Below are positions 9,448 to 18,074 of a DNA stretch of 33,233 bases, piece after piece. Each line of letters begins with the position of its first letter. The first letter of the stretch is position 1. The stretch is from Actinomycetota bacterium (GTDB taxonomy: Bacteria; Actinomycetota; CADDZG01; JAHWKV01; JAOPZY01). A program made the position numbers and the translations under genes. The stretch is from contig JAOPZY010000237.1 of NCBI GenBank assembly GCA_025963875.1, forward strand, positions 1-33,233. The letters run 5' to 3'. The notes under the pieces are model-generated. The model was not told the origin of the DNA. It made no database searches and saw only the letters and a list, made by a program, of their open reading frames with translations.

Positions 9448-10725
9448 TTACTCCGAGGCGTCCTCCTTGGAGTCAAGGGCAACGCCTCTGCGCTTCGAGG
9501 CGACCTTCAGGGCCACGGCGCCGAAGACGTAGCACATCCCGGCGAAGAGCACCAGCGGCAGCGCGTTGGAACCGGTCACCGGCAGCGCGGACCTCCTCGT
9601 CTGGGACGCGCCCAGGACCGAGGTGCCCGGGGTGGGCGTGCGGGTGAACGTGGTGGCGCCGACCGATACGGACGGCGACGGCGTGGGGGTCCCCCCGGGC
9701 GACGTCACGCTGGGAGTCGGCGTGGGGCTGCTGGGGGTCGGCGTGGGGGTGCTGGGACTGGGCGTCGGCGAGGACGGGCACGGGATCGGGGATACGAAGC
9801 CCCCGGCTGAGCCTGTCAGGCCGTAGAGCTGGCCCGATGCGTCGGCGGTCAGGCTGCGGACCTTCGGGATCTCCGCTCCGAAGACGCCGATGTCGGTCAG
9901 CGCGCCCATGGAGGCGTTGAGCGTCTCGAGGTGGCCGCCGGTGTCGCCGGCGCTGACCGCTGCGTACAGGGTCGATCCGACGAACACGATGCCGGAAGCC
10001 TGCGACCGGCCGGCGTCGGCGGACACGGTCTGGAGGTCGCTCCCCCCGAAGGCGCCGGTGACGACGTGCCCTGTCGAGAGATCGATCCGGACCAGCTTGC
10101 TCGCAGCCCCGCCGTGCGCCTGGTCGACGGAGACGAGGAAGTTCCCAGCCGTTGCGTCCCAGGCCATCGCCAGGACCAGACTGTTCGTGCCGCCCACGGT
10201 CATGCCGGAAGCGCTCCCCATCGTCCCAATGGGGGTGAAGGCACCGTTGGATGTGTCGACCTTGCCGAACTGCGTCCCCACGATGCCGTAGAGGGTGCCA
10301 TTCGCCAGTGCGATGGCATCGAACCGGCTGCCGGTCCCCCCGAGCTTGGCCACGTTGGCGCTCGGCGTGGGGTTGCAACTGTTGGCCTGCGCGGTCTCGA
10401 GGACGCCCAGGCCGCTTGACCCGAAGGCGAGGTAGCACTTGCCCGCGGCGGGACCGTGGCACTCCAGCGCGTCGTTGTGGTTGGTCTCGGTGTTGTCGCC
10501 GGGGATCAGCACCTTCGCCACGGCGGCGCCGGACCCCTTGTCCACCCACAGCAGGGCCTGCTGGCATGCGGAGGTCCCGACCGCGCAGGTGGGCGGGGTC
10601 TGTGCACGAGCAGGTGACGCCCGCACGATCCAGGCTGCTCCCAGCAGCATGAAGCCCAGGGCCAGGGCTACCGGTACCGTCAAACGTCGAGTCTGGCTTT
10701 GCGGCCGCGCGTGTTCAGAATTCAA
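9448..10725 (-). CDS. secreted cell-wall-anchored protein (propeller-like repeats, Pro/Thr linker, LPVTG sorting signal)
   Basis: TTG at 10725 follows GGGGGTG. Signal peptide RRLTVPVALALGFMLLGAAWIVRASPARA; repeats such as LYGIVG..FGKVDTSNGAFTPIG; PTPTPS linker; LPVTG followed by a hydrophobic stretch and KRR tail. Confidence 0.82.
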   Translation of the reverse strand: MNSEHARPQSQTRRLTVPVALALGFMLLGAAWIVRASPARAQTPPTCAVGTSACQQALLWVDKGSGAAVAKVLIPGDNTETNHNDALECHGPAAGKCYLAFGSSGLGVLETAQANSCNPTPSANVAKLGGTGSRFDAIALANGTLYGIVGTQFGKVDTSNGAFTPIGTMGSASGMTVGGTNSLVLAMAWDATAGNFLVSVDQAHGGAASKLVRIDLSTGHVVTGAFGGSDLQTVSADAGRSQASGIVFVGSTLYAAVSAGDTGGHLETLNASMGALTDIGVFGAEIPKVRSLTADASGQLYGLTGSAGGFVSPIPCPSSPTPSPSTPTPTPSSPTPTPSVTSPGGTPTPSPSVSVGATTFTRTPTPGTSVLGASQTRRSALPVTGSNALPLVLFAGMCYVFGAVALKVASKRRGVALDSKEDASE

Positions 10726-10910
10726 TCCGCACCCCCATTCCCCACACTCCCCCCAATTCGCCACAGGCGGATGCCTGTAACGTGCCCCAAGTGGAGTCAA
10801 TCATGACACAAGGTTGAGGCCCAGGCCAGGCTACAAACACGCATAACGCCCAGTTAACGTTTCTTCATGTTGGCTATTGTGTACCCGTCGGGGTGCTGCC
10901 CAATCCGGCA

Positions 10911-10916
10911 TACAAT
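10911..10916 (+). promoter_or_regulatory. -10 element (TACAAT) of the tRNA-Ser promoter
   Basis: TACAAT lies 8 nt upstream of the tRNA 5' end. Confidence 0.6.
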
Positions 10917-10924
10917 CAACCAAT

Positions 10925-11014
10925 GGAGGCGTCGCCTAGGTTGGCCTATGGCGCGGGTCTGGAATACCCGTTGGGGTGATAAGCCCCTCGAGCGTTCAAA
11001 TCGCTCCGCCTCCG
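10925..11014 (+). tRNA. tRNA-Ser(GGA)
   Basis: Acceptor stem GGAGGCG/CGCCTCC with discriminator G; anticodon arm CGGGT-CTGGAAT-ACCCG; long variable arm; T-loop GTTCAAATC. CCA is not encoded. Confidence 0.96.
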
Positions 11015-11021
11015 CTCCTGC

Positions 11022-11058
11022 CGCCCGGCCATCCCTCGCGACGGGGGATGCCGGGCGG
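11022..11058 (+). terminator. GC-rich hairpin after tRNA-Ser
   Basis: CGCCCGGC-CATCCC...GGGATG-CCGGGCG inverted repeat with only a weak U tail. Confidence 0.5.
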
Positions 11059-11074
11059 GTTGTACTATCTGTGT

Positions 11075-11349
11075 GCGGTCGCGCTAGGTGGGGAGTCGGC
11101 GGTTCCCTGAACTCCAAATCCGCTTTACGGGAGACTGAATTCCCACCAGCGGCTCCGCGTGCTTGTGGCAAGCGCCTCGCATCCGGTGATGAGGGTTGGG
11201 TCCCGCGCGAGCCAGCGTCGTGAACTGGGTCAGGTCCGGAAGGAAGCAGCCCTAAGCGGAGAGCGGCAGTGCCGCGGGGTCACCTGGCCTGAGCCGGCGG
11301 TGAGGTTTGGCACCCAGGAGCGCTGAGTCCATGGTGGGTGCGCGGCCGC
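11075..11349 (+). ncRNA. ffs: signal recognition particle RNA, large (Alu-domain, Bacillus scRNA-type) form
   Basis: Helix-8 core TCAGGTCCGGAAGGAAGCAGC at 11230-11250. The 5' region GCGCTAGGTGGGGAGTCGGCGGTTCCCTG..AATCCGCT..GAATTCCC follows the scRNA Alu pattern. 5' GCGGTCGCGC pairs with 3' GCGCGGCCGC. A -10 TACTAT sits at 11063-11068, and the locus is upstream of dnaX. Confidence 0.93.
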
Positions 11350-11371
11350 TCTTTCGCGCCCTGGTCGGGTT

Positions 11372-11486
11372 GGGGGGCGGGTGGGTGCTGGGGGCGGGCC
11401 TCCGACGAGCCGGCGTGGCGCTCGTTCGGCTCAGGTCTCGTTGGCCGGCTCAGTCGGCCCTTCCCCCAGTCACCCACCCGCCCCCC
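11372..11486. repeat. long imperfect inverted repeat (~115-nt hairpin) followed by an AAAGGC/AAAGC tract
   Basis: GGGGGGCGGGTGGGTG (11372-11387) pairs perfectly with 11471-11486. Inner stems CTGGGGG/CCCCCAG and GAGCCGGC/GCCGGCTC. Confidence 0.85.
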
Positions 11487-11555
11487 TGCCTCCCGTCCGT
11501 CTTCAGCTCGGCACGTCTTAAAGGCAAAGGCAAGGCAAAGCAAAAGCGGCGCAGA

Positions 11556-11939
11556 TCAGACCCGGATTACTTCTAGGCCGGGGATGTCTTCGTAGTCGGA
11601 GTCCTGGGTGACGACCGGCATTCTTGCAGCGACCGCGGTCGCAGCAACGAGGGCGTCCAGGACCGGCACACGCCGTCGACGAGTCCGAAGCTCCGCCACG
11701 ATGCGGGCGAAAGCACGAGCCACCTCGGCATCCACAGGCAGTGGGTCCCATCTCGACTCAACCGCCGACAGTGTGGCCAGTCGATCGGCCCGGTTCGCGT
11801 CGCTGGCCATGAGCACCCCGAGCGTGAGTTCCGCCAGCGTGATCACAGAGATCTCCGTCTCGGTGACGCCCGGCGTCTCCCCGAGTGGCCGGCCCGACTC
11901 CGTCGCGATGAAGAAGGACGTATCGAGCAGCGCCTTCAT
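11556..11939 (-). CDS. vapC: VapC-family PIN-domain toxin
   Basis: PIN acidic residues in LLDTSFFI, ITLAEL, VLDALVAATA and VTQDSDY. ATGA overlap with the antitoxin gene. Confidence 0.93.
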   Translation of the reverse strand: MKALLDTSFFIATESGRPLGETPGVTETEISVITLAELTLGVLMASDANRADRLATLSAVESRWDPLPVDAEVARAFARIVAELRTRRRRVPVLDALVAATAVAARMPVVTQDSDYEDIPGLEVIRV

Positions 11940-12181
11940 ACGTCGTCCGTCGTGTCTGCCAGCAGTTCCCTGACGTCTCGGAGAAGTGCAGCATCCACCG
12001 CGTGGCGGGAGGCGACGCTTCTCGCCTCCTCGATCGGTACCCCCCGGCGCCGGCGAAGGGGCACGATCTCGGCTACCGGGCGACGGTCGACGGTTACCGT
12101 GACCCGCTCGCCCCCTTCAACCCGGCGAAGCACTTCACTGACGCGATTGCGCAAATCCCGAACCGAAACTGACTCACTCAT
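11936..12181 (-). CDS. vapB: Phd/YefM-type antitoxin
   Basis: 81 aa beginning MSESVSVRDLRNRVSEVLRRVEGGERVTVTVDRRPVAEIVP, immediately upstream of the PIN toxin. Confidence 0.92.
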   Translation of the reverse strand: MSESVSVRDLRNRVSEVLRRVEGGERVTVTVDRRPVAEIVPLRRRRGVPIEEARSVASRHAVDAALLRDVRELLADTTDDV

Positions 12182-12185
12182 GGGC

Positions 12186-12197
12186 GCTACCGTAGCA
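12186..12197 (-). promoter_or_regulatory. leaderless extended -10 promoter (TGC-TACGGT) overlapped by the GCTAC-C-GTAGC palindrome (putative TA auto-operator)
   Basis: TACGGT lies 7 nt before the antitoxin ATG, there is no SD, and a palindrome spans 12186-12196. Confidence 0.6.
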
Positions 12198-12284
12198 CAT
12201 GTAGACACGCCGGGGCGGGGGGTGGGGGTTCCCAACAGCTCAAGCAATAGTGAGCAGGAGTGAGTACAAGCGCACGGTGGAATG

Positions 12285-12306
12285 CGAACACATGTTCTGC
12301 TACCCT
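12285..12306 (+). promoter_or_regulatory. LexA (SOS) box CGAAC-ACAT-GTTCT overlapping extended -10 TGC-TACCCT
   Basis: One mismatch to the Gram-positive/actinobacterial CGAAC-N4-GTTCG consensus, abutting a TGnTAnnnT element upstream of the tnpB-like gene. Confidence 0.72.
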
Positions 12307-12374
12307 TCCTTGTGGTCACTCCTCCCCCGGGGCAAGGCCGAAGCATCCCGACGCGCAGCCCAGGGGAATCGCCG

Positions 12375-14071
12375 TTGACCAACAAGTCCACCGCCAAGCT
12401 CCGCCCCATCGCCGAGCCGTTCGTAGTGGCGCCACCCGAAGGAGCCCGCGTCCGCACCCGCCTGCGCGTTTCACCCGATGACGAGGCGGTGCTGGTGGCC
12501 CTCGGTGCCCATCTCGGTTCTCTCCTAGGCCGGGACCTGGCGAAGCGGTGCCGGGAGGGACGTCTTGACGCCCGGCAGCGCTGCGCCTCCCGTGCCAGCC
12601 GCAAGCGGGCGGCCTCCCAGGACTCCTCGTCGCGCTGGGCCGGCACGATCACCCGCACCTCGGAGGACGCCTGGCAACTTGGCCAGCGCAACCTGGTGGC
12701 ACAGGCGGCAAGCCTGACGGCAAGGACGAGGGCCATCCATGCCCGCCTCAGCATCCCTGTCGGACAGTGCCGGGGAAGCACTCGGGGCTATGGCAGCGCC
12801 GCAGAACGGTTCCACAAGACCCAGCACCTCCAGATCCTCAAGGCACGCCTGAGCGAAGTGGCCGGCCGCCTGGCCGGGGGCCGGGTGTCGGTGTGCCGGG
12901 GTGGGCGGCGCCTCGCCCAGGTACGGCATCACCTTGAGGATGCAGGCCTGAGCGACATGCAGTGGCAGCAGCGGTGGAAGGCTGCCCGCTGGTTCATCTG
13001 TGCCGACGGCGAGGCGGACAAGGCGTGGGGCAACGAGACCATCCGCTGGCACCCCGACGAGCACTGGTTGGAGCTGAAGCTTCCGGCACCACTGTCGCCC
13101 CTGGCCAACCGGCCTCACGGCCGCTACCGGCTCTCTTGCCCGGTGGGGTTCTCGCATCGCGGCGACGAAGTCGCCGCCCAGGCTGCCTCGGGTGCCGTCC
13201 GCTACGACGTCACCAACGACACCGATCGTGGTCGCTGGTTCCTGGATGCCTCCTGGAAGCTGCCCACAGCCACGCCCGTAACCATCGTCGAGCTGAGGAG
13301 CAACGGTGTGCTGGCCGTGGACGTGAACACCGGGCACCTGGCGGCAATGACGATCGATGCCTCCGGCAACCCGGTGGGCAGGCCGCTCACCATCACCCTG
13401 CAGACGGCCGGCCTGTCCACAACCGCCCGGGACGGCCATCTCCGGGCAGCCATCTCCCAGCTCCTGGCGACTGCGAAGGGGGGGGCCACCAAGCCATTGC
13501 CATTGAGAACCTCGACTTCGCCCGGGCACGGTCCGAGGGCCGAGAGCACACAGCCAGGAGACCCTCCCGGGGCAGGCGGGGCCGGGGGTTCCGGGGCCTG
13601 GTGGCCGGGATCCCCACGGCACGGTTCCGGGACCGTCTGGTGCAGATGGCGGCCAACCAGGCACTGTCGGTGATCGCCGTCGACCCGGCGTACACCTCGA
13701 GATGGGGAGCCGAGCACTGGTTTCGACTGGTTCGACAGGCTTCACCCGAGGCCAGCGGGCACCACTGCGCTGCCCTGGTCATCGGACGACGTGGGCTCGG
13801 GCAGCGAGCACGGCGACGGGGGGGATGTGACTGGCGTCCACCAGCGGATGGACAACAGAGAGCTATCGACTCCGCTGTGCAGCCCAAACCGGCAACCACT
13901 GCCGGCCTGCCCGATGTCCATCCAAGGAAACCCGGTACCCCCGAGGCCAGAGGGCGGCCGCACAAGCGGCGGAAGACCCAACGGGCCGACGGGCACCCAC
14001 TGGGGGACCAGGTGGCTCACGACCGTTCGGAGCCGCCCACTGGGCAAAGCTCACTATTGCTCAGCGTTTAG
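12375..14071 (+). pseudogene. tnpB: IS200/IS605/IS607 accessory TnpB-related protein, split by a frameshift at a G8 run (13478-13485)
   Basis: TTG start after AGGGGAA. RuvC-I VLAVDVN is in frame 1; RuvC-II AIAIENLDF, AVDPAYTSRWG and the RuvC-III region SGHHCAALVIGRRGLG are in the -1 frame. One extra G restores a ~565-aa ORF. Confidence 0.85.
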
Positions 14072-14083
14072 GAACGGTGGGGC

Positions 14084-14089
14084 TATGAT
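14084..14089 (+). promoter_or_regulatory. putative -10 (TATGAT) of the dnaX operon
   Basis: TATGAT lies 29 nt upstream of the dnaX ATG, which has an AGGTGA SD. Confidence 0.5.
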
Positions 14090-14118
14090 GGGAATCCATC
14101 CGTCTCAGGTGAATAGAT

Positions 14119-15867
14119 ATGGGTCAGTTCTCTTTATATAGGCGTTATCGGCCGCAGACGTTTGGTGATGTGGTTGGGCAGGGCCATGTCACCAAGACGT
14201 TGCAGAATGCGCTCGTCGAGGATCGGGTGGCGCATGCCTGCCTGTTCAGCGGGCCTCGTGGGACGGGCAAGACCTCGACGGCCCGGATCCTCGCCAAGGC
14301 GCTCAACTGCGAGCGGGCGCCGACCCGGGAACCCTGCAACGAGTGTGCCTCGTGCCGGGACATCACCGAGGGGAGCTCGCTGGACGTCATCGAGATCGAC
14401 GCCGCCACGCACGGATCGGTGGACGACGCACGGGACCTGCGGGACAAGGTCGCCTACGCCTCGGCCGGCGGGCGGTGGAAGGTCTACATCCTCGACGAGT
14501 GCCACATGCTCACCGCCGCGGCCAACAACGCCCTCCTCAAGGTGCTGGAGGAGCCTCCCTCCCACGTCATCTTCGTCTTCGCGACGACCGAGCCCTCCAA
14601 GGTGCTCCAGACCGTCCAGGACCGCTGCCAGCGCTACGAGTTCCGCGCCCTGGAAGCCGATGCCGTCGCCGCCCGGATCCTGCACGTCTGCGCCGCGGAG
14701 GGCGTCACGATCGAGGAGGCGGCGGTGTCCCTGCTGGCCGCACGGGCGTCGGGCTCGATGCGGGACGTCCTCGGCCTGCTGGAGCAGGCGATCATGTACT
14801 CGGGCAACACCGTGGGGGCCGAGGACATCGCCCGGCTGTTCGGCAACGTCTCCGACGAGGTGCTCTTCGAGGCGATCGACCTCATCTCGGAGCGGGACGT
14901 CGGCGCCTGCTTCGCCTTCACCGACCGGCTGATCCGTTCGGGCCAGGAGCCGAGGGAGTTCCTCCGGGCCCTCGTGGACCAGCTCCGATCGCTCTTCCTG
15001 ATCCAGCACACGGCAGCGCCCCAGGAGATCCTCGACGTGGCCGACGATCGCCTCAACCGCCTCCGCGGCCAGGCGAACCGCTTCGGACCCGGTGAGCTGC
15101 TCCGCATCCTCGACCTCGCCGGCGAGGCCCACATCCAGCTCCGCCAGGCGGTGGACAACCGGCTCGCCCTGGAGATCGCGTTCGCCCGGATGGCGAGACC
15201 GGACCTCCACGCTTCCCCTGCCTCGATGCTGGCCCGCATCGAGCGGCTGGAGCGGATGGCCGGGATCGAGCCCGAGGCCCCAGCCGGGGAGCCGGCGGCC
15301 GAGCCGGCCCGCCTCCAGGCGGTGCTCAGGCCCGCACCGAAGAAGGCCCCCGCCGCCGCCCCGCCTGCGCCGCAGCCCCAGCCGGTGGTGGCGGCAGCGC
15401 CGGGACCGGCCCCCGCTCCTGCGGGGTCGGGCGAGGTCGACATCGAGCGCGTCCAGCGTGCCTGGCCGGCCGTGATGGAGCTGGTGAAGAAGCGCAAGAT
15501 CACCGCCCACGCCATGTTCCTTTCGGCCGCACCGGCGGAGTTCGCAGACGGGGAGCTCGTGCTGCAGTTCCCGCCGATCAACCGGTTTCACCGGGACAAG
15601 GTCTCCGAGCCCGGCTCCGGCTACCTTTCGCCGCTGGTCGAGGCGATCTTCGAGACGTTCGGCGTACGTCCGGCGATTCGGTGCGTTCTCGGTCAGAATG
15701 AGGCGCCCGCTTCCGTCTCCCAGGCGCCCACCCAGGCACCAGCGAGGCAGGGACGGGAGGAGGAAGATGACGAGCCTGTGGCGGTCAGCATCACGCCGCC
15801 GAAGGACCCGATCGACCTGATCCGCGAGGGCTTTGCCGCCGAGATTGTGGAGGAGACGCACCACTAA
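14119..15867 (+). CDS. dnaX: DNA polymerase III subunit gamma/tau
   Basis: Motifs LYRRYRPQTF, Walker A GPRGTGKTS, Zn module C..C..C..C, EIDAA, ILDECHML and ALLKVLEEPP. Confidence 0.98.
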   Translation: MGQFSLYRRYRPQTFGDVVGQGHVTKTLQNALVEDRVAHACLFSGPRGTGKTSTARILAKALNCERAPTREPCNECASCRDITEGSSLDVIEIDAATHGSVDDARDLRDKVAYASAGGRWKVYILDECHMLTAAANNALLKVLEEPPSHVIFVFATTEPSKVLQTVQDRCQRYEFRALEADAVAARILHVCAAEGVTIEEAAVSLLAARASGSMRDVLGLLEQAIMYSGNTVGAEDIARLFGNVSDEVLFEAIDLISERDVGACFAFTDRLIRSGQEPREFLRALVDQLRSLFLIQHTAAPQEILDVADDRLNRLRGQANRFGPGELLRILDLAGEAHIQLRQAVDNRLALEIAFARMARPDLHASPASMLARIERLERMAGIEPEAPAGEPAAEPARLQAVLRPAPKKAPAAAPPAPQPQPVVAAAPGPAPAPAGSGEVDIERVQRAWPAVMELVKKRKITAHAMFLSAAPAEFADGELVLQFPPINRFHRDKVSEPGSGYLSPLVEAIFETFGVRPAIRCVLGQNEAPASVSQAPTQAPARQGREEEDDEPVAVSITPPKDPIDLIREGFAAEIVEETHH

Positions 15868-16172
15868 TGGACATGAACAAGATGATGAAGCAGGTCCAGA
15901 AGATGCAGGCCGAGCTGGCCAAGGCCCAGGAGGAACTGGCGCTGGCGGTGGTCGAGGGGTCGTCGGGCGGCGGGGCCGTGAAGGTCGAGTTCACGGGTCA
16001 GGAGGTCAGCCAGGTCAGCATCGCCCCGGAGGCGGTCGATCCCGAGGACCCGAGCATGCTCGAGGACCTGCTGCGTGCCGCCTTCAACGACGGGCTGCGG
16101 GCGCAGCAGGCTCTGGCCAGCGAGCGCCTCGGCCCCCTGGCCGGAGGCATGAGCCTGCCAGGGATGCACTGA
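15867..16172 (+). CDS. ybaB: YbaB/EbfC nucleoid-associated protein
   Basis: MKQVQKMQ..VEGSSGGGAVKV..DPEDPSMLEDLL; lies between dnaX and recR. Confidence 0.96.
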   Translation: MDMNKMMKQVQKMQAELAKAQEELALAVVEGSSGGGAVKVEFTGQEVSQVSIAPEAVDPEDPSMLEDLLRAAFNDGLRAQQALASERLGPLAGGMSLPGMH

Positions 16173-16178
16173 GGCCGG

Positions 16179-16778
16179 GTGCTCGCAGGACCGGTCCAGG
16201 ATCTGGTCGAGGAGTTGACGCGCCTGCCCGGCATCGGGCCGAAGACCGCTCAACGCCTCGCCTTCCACATCCTCAAGGTCGACACCGCGGATGCCCGCCG
16301 CTTGGCCGGCGCCATCGTGGGCGTCAAGGAGAAGACCCGGTTCTGCGCCCGGTGCTTCAACATCTCCACGACCGAGCTCTGCGGGTACTGCACCGCCGAC
16401 CGGCGGGACCCGACCCTCGTGTGCGTCGTCGAGGAGGCCCGCGACATCGAGGCCGTCGAGAAGACCGGTGAGTTCAAGGGCCGCTACCACGTGCTGGGCG
16501 GCGCCATCTCCCCCATCGACGGCGTCGGGCCGGACGACCTCCGGATCGCAGAGCTGCTCGCCAGGATCCCGTCCGAGGGCATCGCCGAGATCATCGTGGC
16601 CACGAACCCCAACGTTGAGGGCGAGGCGACCGGGATGTACCTGGCACGGCTGATCTCGCCGCTCGGCGTCAAGATCACCCGCATCGCAAGCGGCCTCCCC
16701 GTCGGCGGGGACCTCGAGTACGCCGACGAGGTGACCCTCGGCAGGGCGTTCGAGGGCCGGCGCGAGTTTCCTCACTAG
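16179..16778 (+). CDS. recR: recombination mediator RecR
   Basis: Hh[16 protein letters not shown]4 zinc finger, TOPRIM motif [12 protein letters not shown], and [16 protein letters not shown]. Confidence 0.98.
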   Translation: MLAGPVQDLVEELTRLPGIGPKTAQRLAFHILKVDTADARRLAGAIVGVKEKTRFCARCFNISTTELCGYCTADRRDPTLVCVVEEARDIEAVEKTGEFKGRYHVLGGAISPIDGVGPDDLRIAELLARIPSEGIAEIIVATNPNVEGEATGMYLARLISPLGVKITRIASGLPVGGDLEYADEVTLGRAFEGRREFPH

Positions 16779-16790
16779 ACTCAACGCATC

Positions 16791-18074
16791 ATGGGAATCG
16801 TCGTCCAGAAGTACGGGGGCACGTCGGTGGCGAGCACCGACCGGATCCGCAACGTCGCCCGGCGCATCGTCGCCACCGCCGAGAAGGGCCACCCGGTCGT
16901 CGTCGTCGTCTCCGCGATGGGCCACACGACGGACCAGCTCATGGGGCAAGCCCTCGAGATCTCGCCCGTGCCCCGCGCCCGGGAGCTGGACATGCTGCTG
17001 TCGGCCGGCGAGCGGATATCGATGTCGCTGCTGTCGATGGCCATCATCGACATGGGCCGCGAGGCCATCAGCCTCACGGGGTCGCAGGCCGGCATCGTCA
17101 CCGATACCACCCACACGAAGGCGCGGATCGTCGACGTGCGCGCCCGCAGGATCCTCGAGGCGCTCGACGCCGGCAAGATCGTGATCGTCGCCGGGTTCCA
17201 GGGGGTCTCGACGATCAGCAACGACGTGACGACGCTCGGCCGGGGCGGTTCCGACACCACCGCGGTCGCCCTGGCCGCCGCGCTCGGTGCCGAAGTGTGC
17301 GAGATCTACACCGATGTCGACGGGGTCTACACTGCGGACCCGAGGGTCGTGCCCGACGCCCGCAAGTTGCACGTCGCCACCTACGAGGAGATGCTCGAGA
17401 TGGCGGCCTGCGGCGCCCGGGTGCTCATGCTTCGATCGGTCGAATACGCGCGGAACTACAAGGTCGTCCTGCACGTTCGCTCGTCGTTCAACAACGAGCA
17501 GGGGACTTTCGTCAAGGAGGGTGACGAGCGGATGGAGAAGGCACTGATCTCGGGCGTCGTCCACGACACGTCGGAGGCGATGATCCGCATCCGGCGCGTG
17601 CCCGACCGCCCCGGCATCGCAGCCAAGGTCTTCGGGTCGCTGGCCGCCGAGGCCATCAACGTGGACATGATCGTGCAGAACGTGTCCGAGGACGGCCGCA
17701 CCGACCAGACGTTCACGCTGCCCAGGGCCGATCTGCCGCGCTCCGAGGAGGCCCTCGGGCGCATCGCCGCGGAGATCGGGGCCGAGGGGTGGACCGCCGA
17801 GCCGGAGATCGGCAAGGTGTCCCTCGTGGGGGCCGGCATGCGGTCGCACCCCGGCGTGGCGGCCAAGATGTTCCAGACGCTCGCCCAGGCCGGCATCAAC
17901 ATCGAAATGATCTCCACCTCGTCGATCCGCATCTCGGTCGTCGTGCAGGCCGCGGAGGTCGAGCGGGCGGTGCGGCTCATCCACGCCGCGTTCGAGCTGC
18001 CGCAGGGGGCGATCCTGCGGGAGGCCCACGGCCAGATGCCGGAGATAAGCTCGAGCGAACTGGAGGGAGTATGA
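16791..18074 (+). CDS. ask: aspartate kinase (alpha subunit, probable nested beta subunit from Met248 at 17532)
   Basis: Motifs [27 protein letters not shown] and [11 protein letters not shown], plus two ACT domains. Confidence 0.98.
   Translation: MGIVVQKYGGTSVASTDRIRNVARRIVATAEKGHPVVVVVSAMGHTTDQLMGQALEISPVPRARELDMLLSAGERISMSLLSMAIIDMGREAISLTGSQAGIVTDTTHTKARIVDVRARRILEALDAGKIVIVAGFQGVSTISNDVTTLGRGGSDTTAVALAAALGAEVCEIYTDVDGVYTADPRVVPDARKLHVATYEEMLEMAACGARVLMLRSVEYARNYKVVLHVRSSFNNEQGTFVKEGDERMEKALISGVVHDTSEAMIRIRRVPDRPGIAAKVFGSLAAEAINVDMIVQNVSEDGRTDQTFTLPRADLPRSEEALGRIAAEIGAEGWTAEPEIGKVSLVGAGMRSHPGVAAKMFQTLAQAGINIEMISTSSIRISVVVQAAEVERAVRLIHAAFELPQGAILREAHGQMPEISSSELEGV

Larger units (their letters stand above)
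12228..14075 (+). mobile_element. non-autonomous tnpB-only element (IS607/IS200-605-related) with imperfect inverted ends
   Basis: Left end GTTCCCAACAGCTCAAGCAATAGTGAGC (12228-12255) versus the reverse complement of the right end GTTCCTAAACGCTGAGCAATAGTGAGC (14049-14075), sharing a perfect 13-bp core. GGTGGGG is present on both flanks. No transposase ORF inside. Confidence 0.75.

Noticed and set aside
9660..9775. Tandem DNA repeats (also 19960-20150)
   Set aside because: They simply encode Pro/Thr-rich protein linkers.
11350..14118. CRISPR array or Cas12 locus beside the TnpB-like gene
   Set aside because: No regularly spaced direct repeats here or anywhere in the window, and no cas genes.
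14119..15867. Programmed frameshift in dnaX
   Set aside because: No A AAA AAG or long A-run slippery site was seen.
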